Assembly: GCA_963849325.1 (NCBI GenBank) | Contig: CAWKHF010000004.1 | Span: forward strand, 96,001 to 160,000 | DNA length: 64,000 nucleotides | Direction: 5' to 3' | DNA from: an uncultured Planctomycetota bacterium | Lineage (GTDB): Bacteria; Planctomycetota; Planctomycetia; Gemmatales; Gemmataceae | In this document: positions 11,249 through 20,984 of the stretch, piece after piece | Numbering within the stretch: the stretch's first letter is position 1 | Layout: every line of letters starts with the position of its first letter | Translations under genes and position numbers: made by a program | Notes under the pieces: generated by a model | Databases searched by the model: none | Seen by the model: the letters and a program-made list of their open reading frames with translations, nothing else | Told to the model about the DNA's origin: nothing

Positions 11249-12190
11249 TCATGAGTGCGCCGCAGGTGCGCAGGCCGAGAACTGGCAGACGTTCTCCAGG
11301 GCGAGGCGCATCTGGCCGTCGGTGATCTTCCCGGCCAGGAAGTCCAGAATGTTCTCGGCCAATTCCCGGATCGGCCCCGGCTCGCCCTGCTCCTCGAAGA
11401 AGGTGCGGACCTCCCTCATCGTCCGAGCCTTGGCTCGCCCGCTGCCGATCTTCCTGTCCCGGACCTTCTTGCGAATGACCTCGGAATCGACCTTGCCGGT
11501 CGTCTGGTCGGTGGCCTCGGCCACCGCCTGCTGACGGGCGGGTTCGGGCAGTTCCACGAGGTCGAGGGCGGCGCTGATGGCCATGTCGCCCCGTGCCACC
11601 GCCTGCTGAATCGGCTGTGAGAGTCGCAAGGTCTTGCGCAACTGGCTGATGTGGGCGACCGACCTCTTGTAGAAATCGGCAATCCGCTGCTCCGTCCAGG
11701 CGAATTCCTCCCGGAGTCGGCGCTGGTTGTGGGCGTCGTCCACCGGAGTCGTTGCCGCCCGTTCGTTGTTCTCCACGATGTTGCGGACGAACGCCTCTTC
11801 CGGGTTGCAGTCCACGACCTTGCACTGCAACTTCACGGGGCTGTCCGGGCGCAGGACGCTGTTGATATGCCCGACCGCCTTGTACCGACCGTAGCCGCTG
11901 ACCAGGGCTACTTTCTTGTCCTCGATCCGACGCACCACGACCGGCTGCTGCTGGCCGTAGGTCAGTATCGAGTTCGCCAGCGCCTCGATCTCCTCCTGGC
12001 TGTGCGGGACTGCTCGCCCGTTATCGGCCTCGCTCACTACGATGTTCTCCGGCAGAATCGAGAACAGGTCGCCCCGTCCGATCTCACCGGCATTCAACTG
12101 CATCGCCATCTGCAAATCCTCCTGAAGTCGCAAGAAACCCTGCCGCTCGTCCCTCTGGCCGTCACCGGCAGGGTTGCGTTTCTTCGTCAT
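11249..12190 (-). CDS. ParB/Srx N-terminal domain protein with HTH
   Basis: IEALANSILTYGQQQPVVVR...LVSGYGRYKA...NIVENNER; WTEQRIADFYKRSVAHISQ. Confidence 0.85.
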   Translation of the reverse strand: MTKKRNPAGDGQRDERQGFLRLQEDLQMAMQLNAGEIGRGDLFSILPENIVVSEADNGRAVPHSQEEIEALANSILTYGQQQPVVVRRIEDKKVALVSGYGRYKAVGHINSVLRPDSPVKLQCKVVDCNPEEAFVRNIVENNERAATTPVDDAHNQRRLREEFAWTEQRIADFYKRSVAHISQLRKTLRLSQPIQQAVARGDMAISAALDLVELPEPARQQAVAEATDQTTGKVDSEVIRKKVRDRKIGSGRAKARTMREVRTFFEEQGEPGPIRELAENILDFLAGKITDGQMRLALENVCQFSACAPAAHS

Positions 12191-12217
12191 CCCAGGCCCT
12201 TGCGGGCCACGCTCCTA

Positions 12218-12244
12218 CTGCACGCCAGACGGCTAGGCGTTCAG
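12218..12244 (-). promoter_or_regulatory. 27-bp motif copy 5
   Basis: ttttt-CTGAACG cctagccgtctggc GTGCAG. Confidence 0.75.
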
Positions 12245-12256
12245 AAAAACCTGCGG

Positions 12257-13755
12257 CTATGCGAAGACATGACTTGCCGACCGGGAGCGGGCCAGCTTCA
12301 CGGCGAGGTCGAGAAGGAAGTCCTGAAAATCCCGGCTGTTGTCCGTGGCCCCGGTGACGTAGTGGGCCACTTCTTCGAGGCCGACCTTCACCAGACGATC
12401 CGGGAGCGCCTGCGGCCCGGCGAAAGCGGAGCTACCCCCGGCCAGGTCGGAGTTGATGAACACGGTCCCGTCTCGGTAGTAGCCGTTGAGCTTGGTGCCG
12501 CCGTCGAGGATGGACGTGAAGCAGCGGACAGGGGGCTTCGCCTTCCCATTCGTGAGGCCGACCGCTTCGAGCCAGTCCCATACGAGATCGACAGCGGCCT
12601 GCGCATCCGGGCTTGCCTGGGTGATCTCCCGGCCTACCATTTCATCCACCGACAGCACCTTGCCCGGCGTGTTGACCCCGTAGCGCTCGGCGGCGTTCAC
12701 AAGGTTCTCCGGGGCCACGACCGGAGTGTAGCCTTTGCGCTCAAGCTGGTTTCTCGTGCCTGCACCCGTCAGGACGGCCTTCTCCCCGGCCACCTGCGCC
12801 ATGCTTCCTGCCAGTTGCGCCGCTGGCGCTTCACGTCCTCGGCAGTGTCCTGGTACGAGGGCTGGAGGGAGCAGGCGTTGAAGCTGTACTCCCATACCGG
12901 CTTGTTGGTGCTGAGCAGGCGGCAGAAGAGCGTGGCCAAGATGCCCTTGTCACCGGAAGCCAACGCCCGACCGCAATGGTGCTGTACGTCCCAATCCGAA
13001 CACTTTCTGGCCTCGTCCAGCGTCAGGGTGTTCAAGTTGTAGTCGAACAGCGATTCGGTTTCCGATGCCGTGAATTCACGGACCCGGACGCCACGGCGAT
13101 AAATCACCGCTGCCTTCCGGTCGCCCAGGTTGCGGTTCTTCTTCGGGAGGATGGCCTTGTCCAACGACTCCGGCTCACTGAAGTGCAGGAACCACTTGCC
13201 GATGTTCTCGTAAAAGGCGAAGACCTCGCTGTTGAGTGGCACAAAGACACGGGTGTGGTCACGCCTGGCCCGGACCTGGCTTTCGTCCACGACCTCGATC
13301 TTCACGCCGGACCAGTCGCTTCGCTCTCGAATACTCCGGTCGATGGCGTTGCTGACGAACTCACGCAGCGCCAGGGCAACCTCGGTCCAGTCCTGGCGAC
13401 CGTATTCCAAGACGAAGCCCAGGTCTTCGCTGCTGGACCGGCTCGCCCCCGTGATTGGATCGGTGCCGCCGTACTTCACGACGACACGGGCAAACTGCTT
13501 GCTGGCCTGACTGTCGGCCACGGTCTGCGGACGGGTGCCGAATTCCAGGCGCAGCGTCCCGGCGAAGACCACCGGCGAGAGGCCGTGGCGCAGCAGGACG
13601 GCGACCCCGTGCTTGTTGCCGGAGCCGAACTGACCGATGACGCCCTGGTGACTCGACTTGTCCGCCAGGCTGACGCCCAAGACGGTGAATCCTTCGGGCG
13701 GACAGACGCCCACGTTCTCGATCTTGAGGAATACCCCCATTACAGTCTTCTCCAC
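12257..13755 (-). CDS. GHKL-like ATPase with reordered motifs and C-terminal zincin-like EExxH region (frameshift near 12797)
   Basis: IGQFGSGNK precedes LREFVSNAID; second frame has LNGYYRDGTVFIN...LEEVAHYVTGATD. Confidence 0.7.
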
Positions 13756-13783
13756 GAGGTAATTTCTTGACCCACGCCCTGTC

Positions 13784-13810
13784 TTGCACTCGATGCCGAT
13801 AGGCGTTCAG
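13784..13810 (-). promoter_or_regulatory. 27-bp motif copy 6
   Basis: ttttt-CTGAACG cctatcggcatcga GTGCAA. Confidence 0.7.
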
Positions 13811-13823
13811 AAAAATCCGAGCT

Positions 13824-14102
13824 TCACGCCTTCAGGCGAACGGAAACGTAGCAGTGGCAGTCCTGAAACTCTTCCGGCACACAAGGACGGCGAGGCAGCC
13901 GCTCTCTGCGCAACTTGGCATTCGAGTCCACGTCCCAGCCGGACATGGCAGCGGTTTCCAACGCATCGTCCAGTGCCTCGTCGGGGTTGTTGCCGATGCC
14001 GGTGAAGACAGCGGTGTAGCCCGTGCCGGACACGCCGCAGCCCTGGAAGTGCTGCTCGTGTTCGATGCCGTGAACAACGATCTCGTAGTCGGTTGGCTTC
14101 AT
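13824..14102 (-). CDS. Small hypothetical protein
   Basis: MKPTDYEIVVHGIEHEQHFQGCG...; ATG 8 nt after motif copy 7. Confidence 0.7.
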   Translation of the reverse strand: MKPTDYEIVVHGIEHEQHFQGCGVSGTGYTAVFTGIGNNPDEALDDALETAAMSGWDVDSNAKLRRERLPRRPCVPEEFQDCHCYVSVRLKA

Positions 14103-14110
14103 GGACTGAT

Positions 14111-14137
14111 CTGCACACGAAGCCGGAAAGCGTTCAG
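14111..14137 (-). promoter_or_regulatory. 27-bp motif copy 7
   Basis: atttc-CTGAACG ctttccggcttcgt GTGCAG. Confidence 0.75.
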
Positions 14138-14321
14138 GAAATGGCAAGAAGAATCTGCAAGTCTCAGTCGCATGACACCGCTGAAAGTGCCGTTTCCGCC
14201 CGGTCTGTGAGACGGGTCGGACGGTATTTATCAATCAGGGGCCGTCACTGCCCGCCGCTTGCCGCTGGCGGTGAGAAACTTCGTTGAGACTCCCTTCGTC
14301 CGGCAAATCACCAACAAAATC

Positions 14322-14348
14322 CTGAACGGCCTGCTCGCTGGCGTGCAG
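14322..14348 (+). promoter_or_regulatory. 27-bp motif copy 8
   Basis: aaaatc-CTGAACG gcctgctcgctggc GTGCAG. Confidence 0.75.
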
Positions 14349-14390
14349 AAATGGAGGAGGGCTGTCACCTTCTCCGAGAAGAACCGAACC

Positions 14391-15626
14391 ATGCGCACAT
14401 TCACCTACCGGGTGTACTTCACCATTTCCCCGACCACCTACTACGTCGTTGCGGGGAGGAATGCGAAGGCTGCTGTCTGGCGGGCCAGGCGATTAGAGCG
14501 GGCGCTTCGGGTCTGCAAGCGCCGGACGGCACCGCTCCAGGTAGCCAAGATCGAACGGCTCTACCGTCACGGAGCCGGGGCCAGGAGGGTCTACGCATGA
14601 TCGAGCGAGTGGTTGTCGAAACGGACGACGCCGACGAGCAGACGCTTGCGGCGGCGGTGCTGGAGAAGCGTGGTTGCACCGTCACCGAGACAAGCGACGG
14701 AACCTTGCCGTGCTGGTGCCGGATAGCCGGGATGCCGAAGAGCAAGTCACCGAGGCGCTAAACGATGCCGGGGTAGTCCGCTTCGTCTACCGGCTGGAAG
14801 AGGAAAATCCTGAACGGCCTCTCCTCTGACGTGCAAGAGAGGCAGGAGGAATCGAACCATGCCAGACGTGACCAAGATCATCGCCTTCGAGCAGGGCGAC
14901 CTGGACGGGGCCGAGGTCATCGAGTTCTTTCAGGAACTCATCGACTCCGGCCTGGCCTGGCAGCTACAGGGCCACTACGGGCGGACGGCCCGGCGGCTGA
15001 TTGAGGCCGGTCTGTGCAGCCCCAGGGAATAACCACCGATGAATCGCTGCGAGAATGCGTCCACGGGCGGACAAGGCATCATCACGCCGCAGTGCTGGAA
15101 CAACCGGGCCTGCGTGACGCTCGAAGTCCGCTACCACGAGAACGAGCGGGACGTGCTGGGACTCTGCCTGGAATGCTGCGAGCGGGTGGAAGCCGATGCC
15201 CGGAGGCACGGCTACCTGACGAGGCGGGTTCGAGACGATTCTTGACCACTCTGCATCTTCGGGCGCAGCGAAGGCAACTGGCCTCAGCACTATTCTTGGA
15301 GGTTTTGATCCATGATTCTGCGAGACGACAACAACGGAGTTGAGATCACCCTGGAATACGACGAGGACGGCTACCCCCTCGTCAACATCAGCCTGGGCGG
15401 GGGCTTCCAGGGCGACAACGACCGGCCCGCCGTCGAGGTCGTGCTGGACGGGGTAATGATCCACGATATGTTCGATGACGAGGACAAGCGCTGGGCTGAG
15501 GGACATTGTGCCCTGTGCGGCGAGCCGATCAAGCCGGGCGACAAGACCGACGAAGGCGAGTACGGCACGGTTCACCACAACTGCCCGGACTTTCAGGGCG
15601 ACGAAGAGGACGAGCCGGACGCCTGA
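14391..15626 (+). CDS. Run of small hypothetical genes (14391-14600, 14597-~14829 frameshifted, 14859-15032, 15039-15245, 15312-15626)
   Basis: 14859-15032 (57 aa, below ORF cut-off) reads MPDVTKIIAFEQGDLD...GLAWQLQGHYGRTA with GGAGG RBS. Confidence 0.65.
14810..14836 (+). promoter_or_regulatory. 27-bp motif copy 9
   Basis: aaaatc-CTGAACG gcctctcctctgac GTGCAA. Confidence 0.75.
15242..15268 (+). promoter_or_regulatory. Degenerate motif copy 10
   Basis: TTGACCA ctctgcatcttcgg GCGCAG; spacer close to that of copy 13. Confidence 0.5.
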
Positions 15627-15751
15627 CAACCGGCCAGAACCTTGCCCGGCGAGCCGATCCCGCCGGGCGAACCATGTGTCACCGTCACCCCGCCATGCCT
15701 TCGAGGGCGAGCCGAACTCTGCGGTCCCTCCTGCCTTCCTGCGTTCCGGGA

Positions 15752-16102
15752 TCACGCCCCGCCTGGTAGCTGCTGCTGACGCACGACGGCGCTGGCCTCC
15801 CTGCTCGGTGCGGCGTACAGGTCGCCGGTCAGGGCGTCAGCAACCAGCCAATGCTGGGCAGCCTCATCGGAGTTGCCCAGGTTGAGGCCCTCTTCTTCCA
15901 GCCAGCGGCCCACGTCGGCCCGGTGGATGAAGTCGAGGTACAGCCAGTTGTCGCACATCCCACAGGCGTAGGAAACGCCGTCGTCATAACACGCCTCATC
16001 GCCTGACGGCTCCCAAAACAGCGACACGAATCTACGACTGCCTGGGTAGCCGAAGGCGGCGAGGAATCCGGCGGGAAGCGTGAAGGGGGCTTTGTGGAGC
16101 AT
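15752..16102 (-). CDS. Hypothetical protein
   Basis: 116-aa ORF with AAGGA upstream. Confidence 0.65.
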   Translation of the reverse strand: MLHKAPFTLPAGFLAAFGYPGSRRFVSLFWEPSGDEACYDDGVSYACGMCDNWLYLDFIHRADVGRWLEEEGLNLGNSDEAAQHWLVADALTGDLYAAPSREASAVVRQQQLPGGA

Positions 16103-16212
16103 GGGGGTTCCTTTTCGACCGAGAGCGGCCAGGACGGAGCCGAGGATGAAAAATGCCAGCGGTTACAGACTTCGCTGACCCGCCGAGGGATCAGACCGTA
16201 GTGCGGACAACA

Positions 16213-16244
16213 ACGAGAAAGGCGGGGAGGGCGATTCCCCGCCT
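16213..16244 (-). terminator. Probable intrinsic terminator after DUF932 gene
   Basis: 9-bp stem AGGCGGGGA/TCCCCGCCT then TTCTCGTT on the minus strand. Confidence 0.55.
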
Positions 16245-16251
16245 CGACCTG

Positions 16252-17199
16252 TCACCCCGCCATGTCGAGCGCTACTTCCAGGGCGTGCCGGTTCGTGTTG
16301 GCGCTGTCGCCGAACCAGAGTGAGTTGAGTCGGTTGTCCTCGCTGCGCCCACGGCTGTAGGTCAGCCACTCGCTGACGCCGTTGTAGGCCGACCAGTAGG
16401 TGCCCCGGATGGAGGGCAGGTTGTTGCCCCGGCCCGCCTCGGCCAAGGCCATGACTTCCTCCATGATGTTTGCCATCCGGGTGCCGGTGTCCTGATCGTC
16501 CTCGACCTTGAACACCGTCTTGACGTAGCGGCGCAGGTCGGTCTGGTTGATGCTCCGGCGGGCCAGCAGCCGGTACTGCTCGGCGGTGGCCTCGAATTCG
16601 GTGTTCGCCAGGTCCATGATTTCCCGGACGTTGGCCAGATTCTCCAGCACGTCCTTCGTATGCTTCAGCCGGATCAGCTTGCTGGTGTCGGAGCCGTGGG
16701 CCATCGCCAGGGTGTTGGCGCAGACGACCCTGACCGGCGTGAAGCCGCAGCGCACGGCGAGCGAGCCGTCGTGCCCGTGGGAGAGCAGGAGGAACTTCTC
16801 GACCGTATCGCCCTCGGCAATCACCAGCGGGTCACGGTTCAGCTTGGCCAGAACCCAAATGCGACTGCCCTGGCGCAGTGCGCCCGCCGTGTGCAGTGCC
16901 GCTTCCCTGGCGTCGAGGAAGGGCTGGAACCAGCCGAAGGCGTCCTTGTTCTGGAGCGGGGCGAAGCGGGGGCCGACGACTCCCAGCACTCTGGCGTCTG
17001 ACGTGCGGCGGACGGCCCGGTGATCGACCTGGGCCTGGGTGTCGGCGGTGACGAGCGACACCAGTTCGACCTCCCAATCGAGGCCCGACTTCCTGCTGGC
17101 CGCTGACCAGTCGTAGAGGTCGGCTTCGTCCAAGGCGGTCCCAAGCCGGTGCCAGGGCAGTTCCCCGAAGTAGGCCATCGTTTCGACTTCGTGAGCCAT
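16252..17199 (-). CDS. DUF932 family phage/plasmid protein
   Basis: MAH...PWHRLG...LQNKDAF...TAGAL..G.RIWVLA...LSHGHDGS...FTPVRVVCANTL. Confidence 0.9.
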   Translation of the reverse strand: MAHEVETMAYFGELPWHRLGTALDEADLYDWSAASRKSGLDWEVELVSLVTADTQAQVDHRAVRRTSDARVLGVVGPRFAPLQNKDAFGWFQPFLDAREAALHTAGALRQGSRIWVLAKLNRDPLVIAEGDTVEKFLLLSHGHDGSLAVRCGFTPVRVVCANTLAMAHGSDTSKLIRLKHTKDVLENLANVREIMDLANTEFEATAEQYRLLARRSINQTDLRRYVKTVFKVEDDQDTGTRMANIMEEVMALAEAGRGNNLPSIRGTYWSAYNGVSEWLTYSRGRSEDNRLNSLWFGDSANTNRHALEVALDMAG

Positions 17200-17239
17200 C
17201 TGAGTTCTCCATGCGGGGTCGTTTTCTTCAACGCTTGTT

Positions 17240-17266
17240 CTGCACGCCAGTAGGCGAAGCGTTCAA
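17240..17266 (-). promoter_or_regulatory. 27-bp motif copy 11
   Basis: tatt-TTGAACG cttcgcctactggc GTGCAG. Confidence 0.75.
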
Positions 17267-17329
17267 AATAATGCAGCGCATTTCCTGGCGGTGAGGCAAG
17301 TCGCTGAAGCCCTCTGTTTCGGAATAATT

Positions 17330-17356
17330 CTGAACGGCTGTGCCGTTGACGTGCAG
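17330..17356 (+). promoter_or_regulatory. 27-bp motif copy 12
   Basis: taatt-CTGAACG gctgtgccgttgac GTGCAG. Confidence 0.75.
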
Positions 17357-17363
17357 AAGGAGC

Positions 17364-18383
17364 ATGATTGCATTACCGCTCGCAGACAAGGAACGCCGCT
17401 CGAACACCACCGTCATCCGTGACCTGGACTGGTGCGACTACTGCCTGGTGTCCTTCTCCGGCGGCAAGGACAGCATCGCCTTGGCCCTGAGCCTGCTCAA
17501 GAAGGGCGTTGCCAAGGAGCGCATCATCCTCATGCACCAGCACGTTGACGGCGAGCCGGGTGTGAACCAGCCCTTCATGGATTGGCCCTGCACCGAGGGC
17601 TACTGCCGGACATTCTCGCAGGCGACCGGGATGCGTCTGCTCTTCCAGTGGCGGCACGGCGGCTTTCACCGGGAGATGTTGAAGCAGAACGCCATGATCG
17701 CCCCGGTTTCCTTTGAGTACCTGGGCGGCGGCATCGGCACGGCGGGCGGGGTGAGAGGAAAGATCAGCACTCGCCGCCTGTTCCCCCAGGTGACGGCGGA
17801 CCTGAGCAAGCGGTGGTGCAGCCCGTCCCTCAAGATCGACGTGGCCAGCATCGCCATTAACAACGAGCCGAGGTTCCGGGGCAAGCGCCTGCTGTTCCTG
17901 TCGGGCGAGCGCCGCCAGGAGAGCGCCGCCCTCAGCCGATATGCCGAGGCCGAGGAACACCGCACGCACACGAAGTCCCGGCACGTTGACCACTGGCGCA
18001 TGGTGATCGACTACACCGAGCAGCAGGTGTGGGACATCATGCGGGAGTACGGCATCATCCCGCACCCCGCCTACTGCCTGGGGTGGGGCCGGGTGTCCTG
18101 CCTGGCGTGTATCTTCGGACTGGCCGACCAGTGGGCCAGCGTGCGGCTGATCGTCCCGGACCTGTTCCACCGCATCGCAGAGTACGAGCGGCGCTTCGGC
18201 AAGACGATCCACCAAGGCAAGTCAGTGGTGGACCTGGCCGACAAGGGCACACCGTACCCGGCGTGCTGTGACCGGGAGCTTGTCGCCTTGGCGATGGGCC
18301 GGACCTACCCACTGGATCAGATCAAGACGGACGCCTGGACGATGCCCGCCGGTGCTTTCAAGCATTGCGGCGGTCCCACCTGA
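17364..18383 (+). CDS. PAPS reductase family (PP-loop) protein
   Basis: VSFSGGKDS, RWCSPSLK, GERRQES, HPAY..GWGRVSCLACIF. Confidence 0.88.
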   Translation: MIALPLADKERRSNTTVIRDLDWCDYCLVSFSGGKDSIALALSLLKKGVAKERIILMHQHVDGEPGVNQPFMDWPCTEGYCRTFSQATGMRLLFQWRHGGFHREMLKQNAMIAPVSFEYLGGGIGTAGGVRGKISTRRLFPQVTADLSKRWCSPSLKIDVASIAINNEPRFRGKRLLFLSGERRQESAALSRYAEAEEHRTHTKSRHVDHWRMVIDYTEQQVWDIMREYGIIPHPAYCLGWGRVSCLACIFGLADQWASVRLIVPDLFHRIAEYERRFGKTIHQGKSVVDLADKGTPYPACCDRELVALAMGRTYPLDQIKTDAWTMPAGAFKHCGGPT

Positions 18384-18390
18384 GAAAATC

Positions 18391-18417
18391 CTGAACGCTC
18401 CGCACCTTCGGGTGCAG
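18391..18417 (+). promoter_or_regulatory. 27-bp motif copy 13
   Basis: aaaatc-CTGAACG ctccgcaccttcgg GTGCAG. Confidence 0.75.
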
Positions 18418-18441
18418 TAGAGGCGGAAGGAAGATGGCATC

Positions 18442-19893
18442 ATGAGGACCACCGATCATTTCCGGGAATGGCTGCGGCAAGTTGACCTTGAGTTGACCAA
18501 GCGCTGCGGCCTGAGCCACGACGACCTGGCCGACCAGCATTGGCGGGACTGGCACAATGACGGCATGACCGCCGCCGAAGCTGCGTGCGAGTGTCTGGTC
18601 AACGAGGGATTGCCCGGCCTGGTCGGTGAAGAATAAGGGGAAACTACCTTGCCATAGCAATTTTCTGAACGCATCCCCGCATGGCGTGCATCACCTATAT
18701 TGGCCCCGCAAGGCCATGCGCCGAAGTTGAGCGCAGGCCGGAGCCTGTTCCGAAAGGAGGATCGTATGACCAAGGTTCAGATCAAGACGGACGTTCAGCG
18801 CACTCACCGCCGATGGATCAAGAGTCACCCGAAGGCCACGCTGAACGACCTGAAGGAGTATCTCGAAGGGGTGCTGGATGAAGTCTTGACCTTCGACCAG
18901 GAGGCAACGATTGCCGACTACCAGGATGAGTTGAGCGAGGATGCGCTCGAATACCTCAGCGATTGGGGCGACCTTGCCGATCCCGTCATGTGTGATGACG
19001 AACCCGCAACTTTCGAGTACCGGGAGGGAAATCTGGAGGAGGATATTCAGAACGTGGAAGAGGCCATCGAGACGTTCGGTGGGTCGTTTCGGTTGCGGAC
19101 TCGGTAACTCGCCAGCCACGACGATTAGGCCGACCAGCCGTTGCGGTCCCTGGTGGCGATGAGGACGTGAGCGCCCCGAAACTCCACCTGAATGCCTCGT
19201 CAACGAGGAACTGCCCGGCGTGGTCGGTGACGATTCGTGGAAAACATGAACGACTCGCCAGCAGGCGTGCAGGCATCGTATGACGTTGCCGCAGTACATT
19301 CGCTGGAAGGGCCTTTCCTGACGCTGCTCTTTGGTAAACGAGCGCCAAGTGCGGCTCGCCACCGTTGAACCCGGCCAGAACCGAATCTGCCTCATGGGTG
19401 CCCACACCTTCGAGGCGCTGGTGTCGAGCGGGGAAATCGTGGAGGAGTATCGAGGATGGGAATAGGCATTCGCACGATCACCTGCGGCCTCCACAAGCGC
19501 TACGTCTTGATGGATCACCTTGAACGCTTCTGGACCGGCGAAGAATGGACGCACGATCTTAGCAAGGCGCTGCGCCACGCCACGATCCTCGGCGCTGGTG
19601 AGGAATTCCAGCGGATCATGCAGGCGCATTATCAGGACAAGTCCGTGCGCACCTTCGAGGCAACGATCAAGGTCCGGGTCTTCACCGACCGGCCCTTCGA
19701 CGTGGAAGCTCTCCGGGATTACCTGGAGCGGGCGAGCCGCTTCTCCCAGGACACCGAGCGGATGGGCGACGGGCCGGTGACTGGTTGCCTGGTGTTGCAG
19801 CACGCCGACTACAGCGTGCTGAAGGAAATCAATCCCGACCCGTACCTCCTGGCCGAGCCAGAAAGCCGTCCCATCCCGCCCGGCGCTCCGTGA
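18442..19893 (+). CDS. Small hypothetical genes (18442-18636, 18765-~19107, 19456-19893)
   Basis: Co-oriented ORFs with purine-rich RBS-like sequences. Confidence 0.6.
18665..18691 (+). promoter_or_regulatory. 27-bp motif copy 14
   Basis: aatttt-CTGAACG catccccgcatggc GTGCAT. Confidence 0.7.
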
Positions 19894-19947
19894 ACCACCC
19901 TTGACAGAGGTTTGTCCTTCAAGAAGACCCATCAACGAGGAAACAGC

Positions 19948-20781
19948 ATGGACTTGGCATTACTTCGCAAAAAGTTCGAGCGCATGGGTGCCCGTTTGCG
20001 GCTCCGGGAGCTTCTGCCGGGCCGACACCCCGGATCGGCCACGATCATCGAGAGTGGCATCGCCCGCCTGAACGTCGTGAAGGACGACCAGGGCGAGGTC
20101 TTCGAGATCGAGGCCACCCGCAAGCAGCCGCCGGAAATCTCGGTCATCGACGTTCAGGGCGCTGACCGCCACCTTCTCCTCCTGATGCGCAACGCCGAAG
20201 GCCAGAAGAGTAAGTTCCTTTGTGGCCACGACGAGCGCCACTGGTTCATCGCCGCCATCCCCGAACTGGCCCCGGTCGGCAACGTCCAGCAGGCCAAGGA
20301 AGCCTTGAAGCCGCCGGAGGTCCAGGCACGTCAGGTTGGCATCAGGGCCAAGGAGCGCAGCCGCCGGAAGAACGCTGCTTATGTCCGCCAGGGGGAGTGG
20401 TTCTTCGTGCCCGCAGGGATCGAGGAGCCGGACTCGCTCCGAGTTCTGCGGGACGAGCCGCTGGTCCGGGGCCGAGGCAAGCCGCATATCGCTGAATTCT
20501 GCTACCGTGAGGGCGGCGAGACGGTGTACGTTTGCAGCAAGTACCCCAACGGCGTGGACGGTATCGAGTACGCCCGCATCCGCAAGCTGGAGCGGGAGAC
20601 GAAGCCAGCAGACAGGACATCCGGCTGGCGGGTCATGCGGCGGGAGGCCGAGGTTTACGTCCGTGGCCGGGTGCGACACGCCGATCACCGCACGATTGAC
20701 CTGGGCAGGCAGTGGCACCGGGTTCTCCTGAACATGGAACGAAATGCCAGGGCCATGCGGCACGTCGCCTTTCTGGACTGA
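19948..20781 (+). CDS. Hypothetical protein
   Basis: RHLLLL...KFLCGHDERHWFIAAIP...RQGEWFFVP; GAGG before ATG. Confidence 0.75.
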   Translation: MDLALLRKKFERMGARLRLRELLPGRHPGSATIIESGIARLNVVKDDQGEVFEIEATRKQPPEISVIDVQGADRHLLLLMRNAEGQKSKFLCGHDERHWFIAAIPELAPVGNVQQAKEALKPPEVQARQVGIRAKERSRRKNAAYVRQGEWFFVPAGIEEPDSLRVLRDEPLVRGRGKPHIAEFCYREGGETVYVCSKYPNGVDGIEYARIRKLERETKPADRTSGWRVMRREAEVYVRGRVRHADHRTIDLGRQWHRVLLNMERNARAMRHVAFLD

Positions 20782-20984
20782 CGGGCAAGCAGCGGAGGGC
20801 GGAGGACATGAGAGCCAAACAGCCTCGACCTCCTGGCGAGCTTCGAGCAGGAGGACCGGGCCAGCAGGTGACGGGCTGCGGCGCTCCCCCGCTGCCTGCG
20901 AGCGTATGACCTGCTGCCAGGCGCTCGGCTACGGGGCAGAGGCAAACCTCACCAAGAGACATCCAGAATTGGAATACCACCGGG

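Noticed and set aside
17364-18383. PAPS-reductase-like gene as a Dnd/Ssp phosphorothioation system
   Set aside because: No cysteine desulfurase, DndD/E or Ssp partners nearby; solitary copies are common on mobile elements
6710-18691. 27-bp motif as a CRISPR array, integron attC or pdif sites
   Set aside because: Copies are separated by whole genes, no cas genes, no RYYYAAC/GTTRRRY attC ends and no 11-6-11 dif geometry
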